Part shown: piece by piece, positions 46,808 through 56,094 of the stretch
Layout of the letters: each line of letters starts with the position of its first letter
Numbering within the stretch: the stretch's first letter is position 1
Assembly: GCA_965240855.1 (NCBI GenBank)
Contig: CBDEMG010000012.1
Span: 2,307-66,306 of the forward strand
Direction of reading: 5' to 3'
DNA: 64,000 nt
From: an uncultured Bacteroidia bacterium
GTDB taxonomy: Bacteria; Bacteroidota; Bacteroidia; Bacteroidales; CAJPTX01
Translations under genes and position numbers: made by a program
Notes under the pieces: generated by a model
What the model saw: the letters and a program-made list of their open reading frames with translations, nothing else
What the model was told of the DNA's origin: nothing
Databases searched by the model: none

Positions 46808-47626
46808 ATGCGATTGAAAAGTGGCACTTTGGGTTGTTTGTTGGTGATATTTGTCGCCCTGTTTCTTTTATACGGCTTCTGGCCATTTTCTCTTTTTCTT
46901 CTTCCTGTCGTAGCATTAGTGGGCATCTTACCGAGTATCCGTCATATGGGAGAGGCAAACTCTTTTCATCAGACAAGTAATAGATCTGCCACACCCCTTC
47001 TGATACTCTTTGCCGCAATAATGAAGGCTGATGGACGAATTATGCGTACCGAGCTCGTGTATGTGAGTAATGCACTGCATAAGTTATTCCCCACGGAGCA
47101 GGTACCAGCTTTGATCGATGAGTTGAAAGAGATCCTGCATCAGAATTTCTCGATAGGCGTAGCATGTACACAACTCGTACAGATCTACTCTTTGCAGGAG
47201 CGGATCTCTATTTTGTATATGTTGGTGGGTTTGGCACAGGCAGATGGCTATGTAGATCCTCAGGAGAGGTATTTATTGTACCAAATTGCTGCTAGGTTGT
47301 CATTAAATCCAACATACGTAGATGCTTTTTTGCGAGGACACGCTTCTTATACCTACACTACAAGTGGCACCGAGAGTGGTTACAATGATAGCCATTATTC
47401 TGCACCATACAATCGCTCCTCTGCAACAGATCCGTACAAGGTTTTGGGGATCGAACCTACTGCCTCCGATACGCAGGTAAAGGCTGCATACCGTAAGCTA
47501 GTTAATATGTGGCATCCCGATCGATTCCAGAGTAAATCGCAGGAGGAGATTGATAGGGCTACGGAGAAATTTAAAGAGATACAAGCAGCTTACGAGATAA
47601 TACAAAACGCACGTGGAATGAAATGA
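46808..47626 (+). CDS. DjlA-like co-chaperone (TM + TerB-like domain + C-terminal J domain)
   Basis: The J domain reads DPYKVLGIEPTASDTQVKAAYRKLVNMWHPDRF. N-terminal TM helices and a central TerB-like repeat are present. Confidence 0.8.
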   Translation: MRLKSGTLGCLLVIFVALFLLYGFWPFSLFLLPVVALVGILPSIRHMGEANSFHQTSNRSATPLLILFAAIMKADGRIMRTELVYVSNALHKLFPTEQVPALIDELKEILHQNFSIGVACTQLVQIYSLQERISILYMLVGLAQADGYVDPQERYLLYQIAARLSLNPTYVDAFLRGHASYTYTTSGTESGYNDSHYSAPYNRSSATDPYKVLGIEPTASDTQVKAAYRKLVNMWHPDRFQSKSQEEIDRATEKFKEIQAAYEIIQNARGMK

Positions 47627-49005
47627 GTATTGTCAGTATTTCTTCCAACGTAGAACGCCGAGTTCGTGCCTTTATAGACAGAGAGGGGTTGCTTAGCGAC
47701 GCGTCTTATCCTCTACTTACGGTGAGTGGAGGTAGAGATTCGATGATGCTCCTAGCACTTTTTCATAAACTTGGGATTTGGGAGTTTGGAGTGGCGCATT
47801 TTAATTTTCAACTACGAGGCGAGGAGTCGCTGCGCGATATGGAGCATGTACGTATTGCTTGTCAAGTGCGTGGGATCTCCTTGCATCTCCAAACAGTAGA
47901 TACATATAAGTGGTGCGAAGAACATAAATGTTCGATTCAGGTAGGGTGTAGAGTGCTACGTTACGATTTTTTCGAAGCTCTGAGTAGCACATATGGATAT
48001 ACGGAAATTGTAACTGCGCATCATGCAGAAGATCAAGCTGAGACTGTGCTCTTCAATTTGGTGCGAGGAGGCGGTTTAGAAGGCGTACGAGGTATGCGAC
48101 CACGCAATGGGAAATTGATTCGTCCTTTACTTATCTTACGAAGGAGTGAGATCGAAGCTTGGCTAGTAGAAAATGGTGTGCAATATGTTGAAGACTCTAC
48201 GAATGCATCGGACAAATACACACGTAATGCGATACGCCACCATGTGATCCCCCCATTGGAGACGGTAAATAAACAGGCTGTCGTGCACATCAATACCTTC
48301 GCAAATTTTGCGGCGGAAGCTTACCGAAGCTTACAAACAGAAGCAGAGCAACTCTGGGGAGTAATTGCAATTACATCACCTTTCGTATGGGATTACGCTG
48401 CAGAAAACGTACGAGCCCATCCAGGTTTAGCTACATTTTGGCTACGAGAGCGGCTGCAATTTTTACATTTTAGTGAGGAGGATATCGAAATCGCATTGTA
48501 TGCATTCCCGAGCGCGCAGACGGGAAAAAAGATAACAACAGGAGAGTGGGACGCCGTATATGATCGCGGGAAATTGGAGGTGTATCGAGTAAAGTCTGTC
48601 CCGCCGCAAGAGGTATACATGAGTAGTGAGACATCGAATGCTCAGCAAAGTATCTCCTTTGCTGAGGAAGTTTTTCACGAAGCCTTGGCATGGGAAAATC
48701 GACGTGAGTTTCTACAACGAGGAGAGAATTGCGCCGTATTGGATTGCGAAAAGGTATACTTCCCATTGATACTCCGAACTTGGCAGGCAGGCGATGTTTT
48801 TACACCATTGGGGATGCTGGGTAAAAAAAAGAAAGTGAGCGATTTTTTAACCGACATACACTATCCGACGCATTTGCGTCAACGAGTACAGGTACTGGAA
48901 GATGCGCAGAGACGTATTTTATGGGTGGTAGGTTTGCGACTTGCAGAAGTCGCTGCAGTAAGTAAGACAACGCGCGAAATCTTTGTACTTACCTACAAAC
49001 AGTAA
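47623..49005 (+). CDS. tilS: tRNA(Ile)-lysidine synthetase
   Basis: The PP-loop motif SGGRDSM is present. Length is 460 aa. The start forms an ATGA overlap with the upstream gene. Confidence 0.9.
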   Translation: MSIVSISSNVERRVRAFIDREGLLSDASYPLLTVSGGRDSMMLLALFHKLGIWEFGVAHFNFQLRGEESLRDMEHVRIACQVRGISLHLQTVDTYKWCEEHKCSIQVGCRVLRYDFFEALSSTYGYTEIVTAHHAEDQAETVLFNLVRGGGLEGVRGMRPRNGKLIRPLLILRRSEIEAWLVENGVQYVEDSTNASDKYTRNAIRHHVIPPLETVNKQAVVHINTFANFAAEAYRSLQTEAEQLWGVIAITSPFVWDYAAENVRAHPGLATFWLRERLQFLHFSEEDIEIALYAFPSAQTGKKITTGEWDAVYDRGKLEVYRVKSVPPQEVYMSSETSNAQQSISFAEEVFHEALAWENRREFLQRGENCAVLDCEKVYFPLILRTWQAGDVFTPLGMLGKKKKVSDFLTDIHYPTHLRQRVQVLEDAQRRILWVVGLRLAEVAAVSKTTREIFVLTYKQ

Positions 49006-49062
49006 GTAGACAAAACTATAATGCGTATGTCCGAAAAAGCGGAGTAACAAACTTTTTTCAAT

Positions 49063-49070
49063 TACTTTTG
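49063..49070 (+). promoter_or_regulatory. -7 promoter box TACTTTTG upstream of sufB
   Basis: This is an exact TAnnTTTG match, 44 nt upstream of ATG 49115. Confidence 0.5.
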
Positions 49071-49114
49071 TTTTTCTTAAAAAGATTATAAACTATGAGT
49101 GTAACTCCCTTAAG

Positions 49115-50569
49115 ATGACAGAAGAGAAGAAACTCCCGCAAGAGGATGTTATTGAGACAGTGACCTCTGGGGAATATAAATATGGCTTTTATACGGATGT
49201 AGAGACGGAGAGTTTACCTCGTGGTTTGAATGAGGAAATCGTGCGTCGGATCTCTGAACTCAAACACGAACCTGCTTGGATGCTTGATCGACGTTTGCGA
49301 GCTTTTAGACATTGGCAGACGCTTACGATGCCTGATTGGGCGTATCTAAAGATACCTGCCATAGACTTTCAGGATATAATCTATTATGCAGCGCCGCGAA
49401 AGAAAAAACAGTCGCTAGAGGAGGTCGATCCTGAGATTTTAAATACGTTTGATAAATTGGGAATTCCTCTCAATGAGCAGAAGATCCTCTCGGGGGTTGC
49501 AGTGGATGCGGTGATGGATAGTAGTTCCGTGAAGACCACCTTTCAGGAAGCACTAGCTGAGAAGGGGATTATTTTTTGTTCGATGAGTGAGGCAATACGC
49601 AACTATCCCCTCTTGATACAGAAATATCTTGGCTCAGTAGTTCCCGATAACGACAATTTTTTTGCAGCCCTGAATGCCGCAGTATTTAGTGATGGGAGTT
49701 TTTGCTATATCCCTAAGGGTGTTCGTTGTCCGATGGAGCTAAGTACCTATTTCCGAATCAATGCATTGGGAACTGGACAGTTTGAACGTACGTTGATAGT
49801 AGCAGATCGCGATGCTTACGTCTCTTACCTAGAGGGGTGTACTGCGCCGATGCGCGACGAGAATCAGTTACATGCTGCTGTAGTAGAGATTGTAGCAGAG
49901 GAGGGTGCAGAAGTAAAATATTCGACGGTACAAAACTGGTATCCTGGAGATGCACAGGGAAAGGGGGGAATATACAATTTCGTTACAAAACGAGGGATCT
50001 GCAAAGGGAACAAGAGTAAAATTTCTTGGACACAAGTAGAGACTGGATCGGCGATAACGTGGAAATACCCGAGTTGTATATTAGCAGGCGAGAATTCGGT
50101 CGCTGAGTTTTATTCAGTTGCCGTAACCAACCACTATCAACAGGCAGATACGGGAACGAAGATGATCCACCTAGCACCAGGAACTAGGAGTACGATAGTA
50201 TCGAAGGGTATCTCGGCAGGGAAGAGTGACAATAGCTATCGAGGGCTTGTAAAAGTGTCGTCGAAGGCCGAGAATGCGAGAAATTTCTCGCAGTGCGATT
50301 CTCTTTTGCTAGGCGATAAGTGTGGAGCTCATACTTTCCCAGAGATAGATGTAAAGAACTCGAGTGCCGTGGTAGAACATGAGGCGACGACTTCTAAGAT
50401 TGGAGAGGATCAGATCTTTTATTGCAACCAACGGGGTATAAAAACAGAGGAAGCGATAGGGTTGATCGTCAATGGTTATGCACGTGAGGTTTTGAATAAG
50501 CTCCCGATGGAGTTTGCAGTAGAAGCACAAAAACTATTGATGATAAGTTTGGAGGGGAGTGTAGGGTAG
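49115..50569 (+). CDS. sufB: Fe-S cluster assembly protein SufB
   Basis: It is 484 aa and strongly conserved SufB sequence is recognisable throughout (YKYGF, GTAQFERT-like, HEA..SKI). Confidence 0.95.
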   Translation: MTEEKKLPQEDVIETVTSGEYKYGFYTDVETESLPRGLNEEIVRRISELKHEPAWMLDRRLRAFRHWQTLTMPDWAYLKIPAIDFQDIIYYAAPRKKKQSLEEVDPEILNTFDKLGIPLNEQKILSGVAVDAVMDSSSVKTTFQEALAEKGIIFCSMSEAIRNYPLLIQKYLGSVVPDNDNFFAALNAAVFSDGSFCYIPKGVRCPMELSTYFRINALGTGQFERTLIVADRDAYVSYLEGCTAPMRDENQLHAAVVEIVAEEGAEVKYSTVQNWYPGDAQGKGGIYNFVTKRGICKGNKSKISWTQVETGSAITWKYPSCILAGENSVAEFYSVAVTNHYQQADTGTKMIHLAPGTRSTIVSKGISAGKSDNSYRGLVKVSSKAENARNFSQCDSLLLGDKCGAHTFPEIDVKNSSAVVEHEATTSKIGEDQIFYCNQRGIKTEEAIGLIVNGYAREVLNKLPMEFAVEAQKLLMISLEGSVG

Positions 50570-50618
50570 AAGTGCTTTAGAGAAGATTCGCGGATCGAGA
50601 GAAAGAAAAATTGTAATC

Positions 50619-51374
50619 ATGTCATTACTGAAGATAGAAGATTTGCATGCAAATATCGAAGGACGTGAGATCCTCCGAGGTATTAATCTGGAGATCAATG
50701 CAGGCGAAGTGCATGCCATAATGGGTCCTAATGGTTCGGGTAAGAGTACGCTTAGTGCGGTATTAGCAGGGCGAGATCTCTACGAAGTTACGCATGGGCG
50801 TGTGATCTTTAATGGGAAAGATTTATTGCGTATGCCTCCAGAGGAACGTGCACACGAGGGGCTATTTTTGAGTTTTCAGTACCCAGTGGAGATCCCAGGT
50901 GTTTCGATGGTAAATTTCATGAAAGCAGCGCTCAATGCACATCGCGAACACAAAGGCTTACCACCCGTAACCGCCGCAGAATTCTTAAAAATTATGCGCG
51001 AGAAGAAAGAGCTTGTGGAGCTAGATGCTTCGCTCACAGGGCGTGCAGTTAATGAAGGATTCTCGGGTGGAGAAAAGAAACGCAATGAGATCTTTCAGAT
51101 GGCGATGCTCGAACCAATACTTTCGATTCTCGATGAGACGGATTCGGGGCTAGATATTGATGCTCTCCGTATTGTCGCGAGTGGAGTGAATAAACTTCGT
51201 AGTCCTGAACGCGCAACGATAGTCATTACCCATTATCAGCGCTTATTAGACTACATTGTACCAGACAAAGTGCATGTCCTCTACAAGGGTAAGATCGTAA
51301 AGACAGGCGACAAGAAATTGGCACTCGAGCTCGAGGAGCGTGGTTACGATTGGCTAAAAGAGCAGCAGGCATGA
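50619..51374 (+). CDS. sufC: Fe-S cluster assembly ATPase SufC
   Basis: Walker A is GPNGSGKST, the ABC signature is FSGGEKKR, and Walker B is ILDETDSGLD. Confidence 0.95.
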   Translation: MSLLKIEDLHANIEGREILRGINLEINAGEVHAIMGPNGSGKSTLSAVLAGRDLYEVTHGRVIFNGKDLLRMPPEERAHEGLFLSFQYPVEIPGVSMVNFMKAALNAHREHKGLPPVTAAEFLKIMREKKELVELDASLTGRAVNEGFSGGEKKRNEIFQMAMLEPILSILDETDSGLDIDALRIVASGVNKLRSPERATIVITHYQRLLDYIVPDKVHVLYKGKIVKTGDKKLALELEERGYDWLKEQQA

Positions 51375-52693
51375 CAAATAGCGTATTACCTCCAACCCTT
51401 TCCACCCTTCTCCAAGCCGCGAGTATGCCAAGTTATGGCGTTCTTGGGCGTAGTGAACCGAGTTTTGCAATTCTCTACAAACAAGCCCTGCAACTCTTAC
51501 ACGAGGAGGGTTTGCCTACTCAAAAGGACGAGTCTTATCGTTTTGCACGCCTAGGTGCTATTTTTCAGAATATTCTGCAACTTCCCGAACATAGTGCTTT
51601 GATGGAATATATCCAGCTTCCTTTTTTAGGCTATAATCTGAAGCCAGAGGAAGTATATTCTTTGCGTTGTATTAATGGGAAGTACATTGCGAGTGAGGGC
51701 GAACGTCTGGTACGTCTTCCCTCAGGGATTATTTATGGAAGTACTGCACAAGCTTTAGATGAGTTTCCGGATTTAGTTCTCCCTTATTTGGCACGACGCG
51801 CCACTCAACCACTAGATGCGCTTTGTACTTTGCTAGCACAGGACGGATTCTTTATATATGTGCCCGAGGGAGTGAAAGCCGAAAAACCGTTTTTATTGAC
51901 GCTTGTAGAACAAGGTCCAGATCCGTTGCTTATCAATCAGCGTAGTCTTATAATATTGGACGGGCGTGCAGAGTTGCAGTGCTATGTAAGTGAGCATACC
52001 CTCTCGGAATCTCGTTTTGTATCGAATCGTTCATTGGATTGTTTTGTAGGAACCTCGTCCCATTTATCTGTTTTAGAATTGCAGAATGTGCATAAACAGA
52101 CTACAGTTTTTAATCATCTCGCAGCGCAACTCAACAACCAAGCAACATTCCAACACAAGACGGTAACGCTTCGTGGCGGGTTTATCCGAAACGAAATAGC
52201 TGTAGATTTAGGAGGACAGTATGCCGAAGTAAATCTTTCAGGTCTTGCGTTGGTAGATGCTGGTCAGTATGTAGATACGGTTACACATCTAGATCATAGA
52301 GTAGCCAACGGAAGTAGTTCGCAACTCTATAAGACACTAGTCGATAAAGGAGGCGAGTACTCTTTTTTTGGTCATATTCATGTACATCGTAATGCCCAGA
52401 AAACACAAGCTTATCAGCGCAATGCGAATGTGTTGGTAGAGAGTGGCGGAGTTGTACATACACGGCCGCAACTCCTTATAGATGCAGACGATGTGAAGTG
52501 TAGTCATGGGGCTACAGTAGGGCATCTTGATGAAGAAGCCCGATTTTATATGCTCACGCGCGGTATACCGCAAAATCAAGTAACGCGATTATTGATGCGT
52601 GCTTTTTTGCAAGATGTGCTCACGGATATCAGGCATGCTACAGTACAAGAGCAAGTAGAACAGCTGGTGGATGCGCGTCTGCGCGGTGAATAG
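51371..52693 (+). CDS. sufD: Fe-S cluster assembly protein SufD
   Basis: It has a beta-helix SufBD domain (SHGATVGHLDEEA.FY). ATG 51371 forms an ATGA overlap with the sufC stop. Confidence 0.88.
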   Translation: MTNSVLPPTLSTLLQAASMPSYGVLGRSEPSFAILYKQALQLLHEEGLPTQKDESYRFARLGAIFQNILQLPEHSALMEYIQLPFLGYNLKPEEVYSLRCINGKYIASEGERLVRLPSGIIYGSTAQALDEFPDLVLPYLARRATQPLDALCTLLAQDGFFIYVPEGVKAEKPFLLTLVEQGPDPLLINQRSLIILDGRAELQCYVSEHTLSESRFVSNRSLDCFVGTSSHLSVLELQNVHKQTTVFNHLAAQLNNQATFQHKTVTLRGGFIRNEIAVDLGGQYAEVNLSGLALVDAGQYVDTVTHLDHRVANGSSSQLYKTLVDKGGEYSFFGHIHVHRNAQKTQAYQRNANVLVESGGVVHTRPQLLIDADDVKCSHGATVGHLDEEARFYMLTRGIPQNQVTRLLMRAFLQDVLTDIRHATVQEQVEQLVDARLRGE

Positions 52694-52716
52694 AGTTACT
52701 ATACATGCAGATGTTT

Positions 52717-52764
52717 ACGCGTTGTTTCTGTTAAACAATTTTTACAGAACGACGCGTTTTTTTT
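52717..52764 (+). terminator. Strong intrinsic terminator between sufD and sufS
   Basis: The 14-bp stem ACGCGTTGTTTCTGT / ACAGAACGACGCGT (one bulge, two G-U pairs) has a 12-nt loop and is followed by T8. Confidence 0.75.
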
Positions 52765-52766
52765 AA

Positions 52767-52774
52767 TAGCTTTG
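52767..52774 (+). promoter_or_regulatory. -7 promoter box TAGCTTTG upstream of sufS
   Basis: This is an exact TAnnTTTG match, 35 nt upstream of ATG 52810 and immediately after the terminator. Confidence 0.5.
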
Positions 52775-52809
52775 CAAAAGTATTTTTATTGGTCTAGAGG
52801 GAAAAATAG

Positions 52810-54033
52810 ATGTATGATCCAGCAGAAATTCGTAAGGAATTTCCTATTCTAAATCAGCGTATTCATAACAATCAGTTGGTATACTTAGACAATGCAGCTA
52901 CGACGCAAAAGCCACTGTGTATGTATGAGATGCAACGCGAGATATACGCTCACTATAATGCAAATATTCATCGCGGCGTACACTATTTAAGTCAACTTTC
53001 TACTGAGAAGTATGAAGAGGCGCGTAGCTTAGTAGCGAGTTATATTAATGCTCCAGATAGACGCAGTGTAATTTTTACGAGTGGTACAACCGCGGCGATA
53101 AATATGGCTGCATACTGCATAGCCGAGAGTTTTTTGCATGAGGGGGATGCCATACTCGTATCAGAAATGGAACATCATTCGAACTTGGTATCTTGGCAGT
53201 TAGTTGCCAAGCGCTATAGGCTTCGAATCGTAAAATGGCCTGTGCTGGACAATGCTCAGTTGGATATGGATGCTCTTCCCTCCTTGCTTCAAAAGGGGGT
53301 AAGGTTAGTGGCATTGACGCATATATCGAATGTAACGGGCATTATAAATCCGATAAGTGAGATTGCAACAATACTCCATCGCCAAGATATCTTATTTTTT
53401 GTAGACGGAGCGCAGGGAGTAAAACATTATCCGATTGATGTACAGGCGCTTGGTGCAGATTTTTACGCATTCTCAGGACATAAACTTTACGGTCCTACGG
53501 GTATTGGCGTATTGTGGGGGCGCTACGAACTTGTAGAACATTTTGAACCATTTTTCGGAGGAGGAGAGATGGTTGGCAGAGTATCTTTCGATGAGACCAC
53601 GTATGCCGAACTTCCCTATAGGCTTGAAGCAGGAACTCCCCCGTATGTGGAAGCCATCGCACTCGGGCATGCGATAGCTTTTTACAAGACATTGAATGAG
53701 GAGTTTGAGAATAAGATCTTAGAGCACGAGAATAAATTACTACAAAAAGCTTATCACGAACTTCGTTCGCTCGGCGCAGAGATTTATGGCTACACTCCAG
53801 AGAATGCAGCGATTCTCTCTTTTAATTTTCCACAGATACATCATTCTGATCTTGGAGTGCTCCTAAATCAGTTTGGGATAGCCGTTCGTACAGGTACGCA
53901 TTGTGCCGAGCCATTGATGCAATCTCTCGGTGTAACAGGTACGGTGAGAGCATCGTTTGCACTCTATAATACAGAGGAGGAAGTACAGTGCTTTGTAGAG
54001 GCGGTAGAGCATGCAGTGAAAATGCTCTCGTAA
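52810..54033 (+). CDS. sufS: Cysteine desulfurase, SufS subfamily (class V aminotransferase)
   Basis: The PLP lysine is in FSGHKLYGPTGIG and the catalytic Cys is in RTGTHCAEP. Confidence 0.93.
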   Translation: MYDPAEIRKEFPILNQRIHNNQLVYLDNAATTQKPLCMYEMQREIYAHYNANIHRGVHYLSQLSTEKYEEARSLVASYINAPDRRSVIFTSGTTAAINMAAYCIAESFLHEGDAILVSEMEHHSNLVSWQLVAKRYRLRIVKWPVLDNAQLDMDALPSLLQKGVRLVALTHISNVTGIINPISEIATILHRQDILFFVDGAQGVKHYPIDVQALGADFYAFSGHKLYGPTGIGVLWGRYELVEHFEPFFGGGEMVGRVSFDETTYAELPYRLEAGTPPYVEAIALGHAIAFYKTLNEEFENKILEHENKLLQKAYHELRSLGAEIYGYTPENAAILSFNFPQIHHSDLGVLLNQFGIAVRTGTHCAEPLMQSLGVTGTVRASFALYNTEEEVQCFVEAVEHAVKMLS

Positions 54034-54050
54034 AAGCAGTGTAAATTGCT

Positions 54051-54058
54051 TAATTTTG
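54051..54058 (+). promoter_or_regulatory. -7 promoter box TAATTTTG upstream of floA
   Basis: This is an exact TAnnTTTG match, 30 nt upstream of ATG 54089. Confidence 0.5.
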
Positions 54059-54088
54059 CAGGGAAAGTAATTCAACGTCAGTATTTCA

Positions 54089-55072
54089 ATGGATGTAGCA
54101 TTAATAATTGTTGTGTTAATCTGTTTGCTCGCATTATGGGGTGTGTTGTATTTTATCCCAGTGCGGTTGTGGTTTACGGCACTCGTCTCAGGAGTGCATG
54201 TCTCATTGCTTCAACTAGCGTTGATGCGTTGGCGTCGTGTGCCTCCGCGAGTGATAGTTCAGGCGTTAATTGGAGGCACCAAAGCAGGTTTGACTCTCGT
54301 TCGTAACGATTTGGAAGCGCATCATTTGGCTGGAGGTAATGTAACTAAAGTGGTACAAGCACTCGTGTCGGCTCAGAAAGCGAATATCCCTTTGAATTTT
54401 AAAATGGCGACGGCGATTGATTTGGCAGGTCGTGATGTTTACGATGCTGTGCGTATGTCGGTAATACCGAAAGTAATCAATACACCTCCAGTTACGGCAG
54501 TAGCAAAGGATGGGATACAGCTCATCGCCAAAGCGCGCGTTACGGTGCGTACAAATATTAACCAGCTAGTAGGTGGAGCAGGCGAAGAAACTGTATTAGC
54601 ACGCGTGGGCGAGGGGATTGTTTCATCGATTGGTTCGTCTGTTTCGCATAAAATGGTATTAGAAAATCCCGATTCAATTTCGAAGGTAGTGCTCGAGAAA
54701 GGTTTGGATGCGGGTACGGCGTTTGAAATCCTTTCGATCGATATAGCGGATATCGACATCGGTAAGAATATTGGTGCAGTATTGCAACTTGATCAGGCGA
54801 ATGCAGACAAGAATATTGCACAAGCAAAAGCAGAAGAGCGTAGAGCAATGGCTGTAGCTACTGAGCAAGAGATGAAGGCGCGTGCACAGGAGATGAAGGC
54901 GAAAGTTATTGAGGCAGAGGCGCAGATCCCCTTGGCAATGGCGGAGGCGCTACGTACGGGAAAATTGGGAGTGATGGACTACTACCAACTTCAGAACATT
55001 CAAGCAGATACAGCTATGCGCGAGCATTTGTCTAATGCGAATCCTACCCCACCTGCAACAATAAAAGGATAG
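54089..55072 (+). CDS. floA: Flotillin-like protein FloA (UPF0365/YqfA family)
   Basis: An N-terminal TM helix is followed by [27 protein letters not shown] and then SPFH-like and Ala/Glu-rich coiled-coil regions. Confidence 0.88.
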   Translation: MDVALIIVVLICLLALWGVLYFIPVRLWFTALVSGVHVSLLQLALMRWRRVPPRVIVQALIGGTKAGLTLVRNDLEAHHLAGGNVTKVVQALVSAQKANIPLNFKMATAIDLAGRDVYDAVRMSVIPKVINTPPVTAVAKDGIQLIAKARVTVRTNINQLVGGAGEETVLARVGEGIVSSIGSSVSHKMVLENPDSISKVVLEKGLDAGTAFEILSIDIADIDIGKNIGAVLQLDQANADKNIAQAKAEERRAMAVATEQEMKARAQEMKAKVIEAEAQIPLAMAEALRTGKLGVMDYYQLQNIQADTAMREHLSNANPTPPATIKG

Positions 55073-55103
55073 CGAATTAGATGAAATGATTTTTTGAGGA
55101 AGG

Positions 55104-55133
55104 GACGCATTCAGGTTTGAGTGCGTCTTTTTC
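55104..55133 (+). terminator. Intrinsic terminator after floA
   Basis: GACGCAT-10 nt-GTGCGTC is followed by TTTTTCTTT. Confidence 0.75.
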
Positions 55134-55135
55134 TT

Positions 55136-55143
55136 TACCTTTG
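55136..55143 (+). promoter_or_regulatory. -7 promoter box TACCTTTG upstream of a 58-aa ORF
   Basis: This is an exact TAnnTTTG match, 40 nt upstream of ATG 55184. Confidence 0.4.
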
Positions 55144-55183
55144 GAGGGTAGTAAGTAGTAGTAGAGTTCTGATAAATAGTAAT

Positions 55184-55360
55184 ATGGATACAGAAGAACA
55201 AAAACTCGTACTAGAGGGGGGAGTTGGGGTGTTGCAAGATATATCGCTCCGAGGCGAGACCAGTCATTTGTTGGACGACGATGAGTATTGTATCGTAGAT
55301 GCTTGCGACTGTGACTTTATAGATAGAGATCGAAATAGTGAGAACACTGCAAGAGATTAG
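55184..55360 (+). CDS. Possible small acidic Cys-containing protein (58 aa), unknown function
   Basis: The product is MDTEEQKLVLEGGVGVLQDISLRGETSHLLDDDEYCIVDACDCDFIDRDRNSENTARD. It has its own -7 box, but I recognise no homology. Confidence 0.3.
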   Translation: MDTEEQKLVLEGGVGVLQDISLRGETSHLLDDDEYCIVDACDCDFIDRDRNSENTARD

Positions 55361-55371
55361 CATTCACTTTT

Positions 55372-56094
55372 TTAAGTATGCAATATGGTGTGTAAGATAT
55401 CGAGTGTTTTACTCTCTAACGAGATTTCTTGATGTAGGGCGATGTAGTGTATAATTCCTTTTAGGAGTTCCTCGCGTTCTTCGGCAGTGAGGGGAGGCAT
55501 TGTGGAGGAGGGAGAGTGGAGAAGTAAGTCGAAGATTTCGGCTTGTGGTGGTGGTAAGAATTCTTGCGAAATATAGTGGGTATTTGTTTGAAACGCTCCT
55601 GAATTGAGATTGAAGACTGGGGTAAGGGTAGAGTAGCGCCCATAGGGATAAAAACCTAGTTGAGTGGCTAATCCGATTAAAAATAACTGAGGAAAGTAGA
55701 GTAGTTCGGCGGTTGTGTTCAATGTCCGCAGCGAGCTAGCTATATAGTTATATAGCGATTTGTCGCCAGGCATTTTTTTTAGACATTGTACTAAAATATC
55801 GCAGATAAAGATAGCGATACAGCTCCGAGGGAGATCTGTCTGTGTTTTGAATAGGGGAGTGTACGATTCTATTGAGAGCAACTCTCCGATGGGATAGGGA
55901 GGTGTTGGCAGGGAAAAGGTTGCAGAGAGGAGCGAGAGAATTTGTACAGCGCCCTGTGTGATCGAAGTGTCGGAAAAAATAAAGGATTTTACGCTCAGTG
56001 CTAGATATCCGAAATCGGGACTATAAACATGTAGGAGAGCACCATGTTCGTAGTAATCTGCTTTATAGAGTACAAGGATATCGCCTTTTTCCAT
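55372..56094 (-). CDS. recO: DNA repair protein RecO
   Basis: At 240 aa it is colinear with Bacteroidota RecO as I recall it (N-terminal OB fold, FPQLFLIGLATQLGFYP, C-terminal EREELLKGIIHYIALH). It is divergent. Confidence 0.6.
   Translation of the reverse strand: MEKGDILVLYKADYYEHGALLHVYSPDFGYLALSVKSFIFSDTSITQGAVQILSLLSATFSLPTPPYPIGELLSIESYTPLFKTQTDLPRSCIAIFICDILVQCLKKMPGDKSLYNYIASSLRTLNTTAELLYFPQLFLIGLATQLGFYPYGRYSTLTPVFNLNSGAFQTNTHYISQEFLPPPQAEIFDLLLHSPSSTMPPLTAEEREELLKGIIHYIALHQEISLESKTLDILHTILHT

Noticed and set aside
54046-54306. An 86-aa plus-strand ORF overlapping the start of floA in another frame.
   Set aside because: FloA family motifs are unambiguous in the 54089 frame. The alternative ORF starts upstream of the floA -7 box and has no recognisable features.
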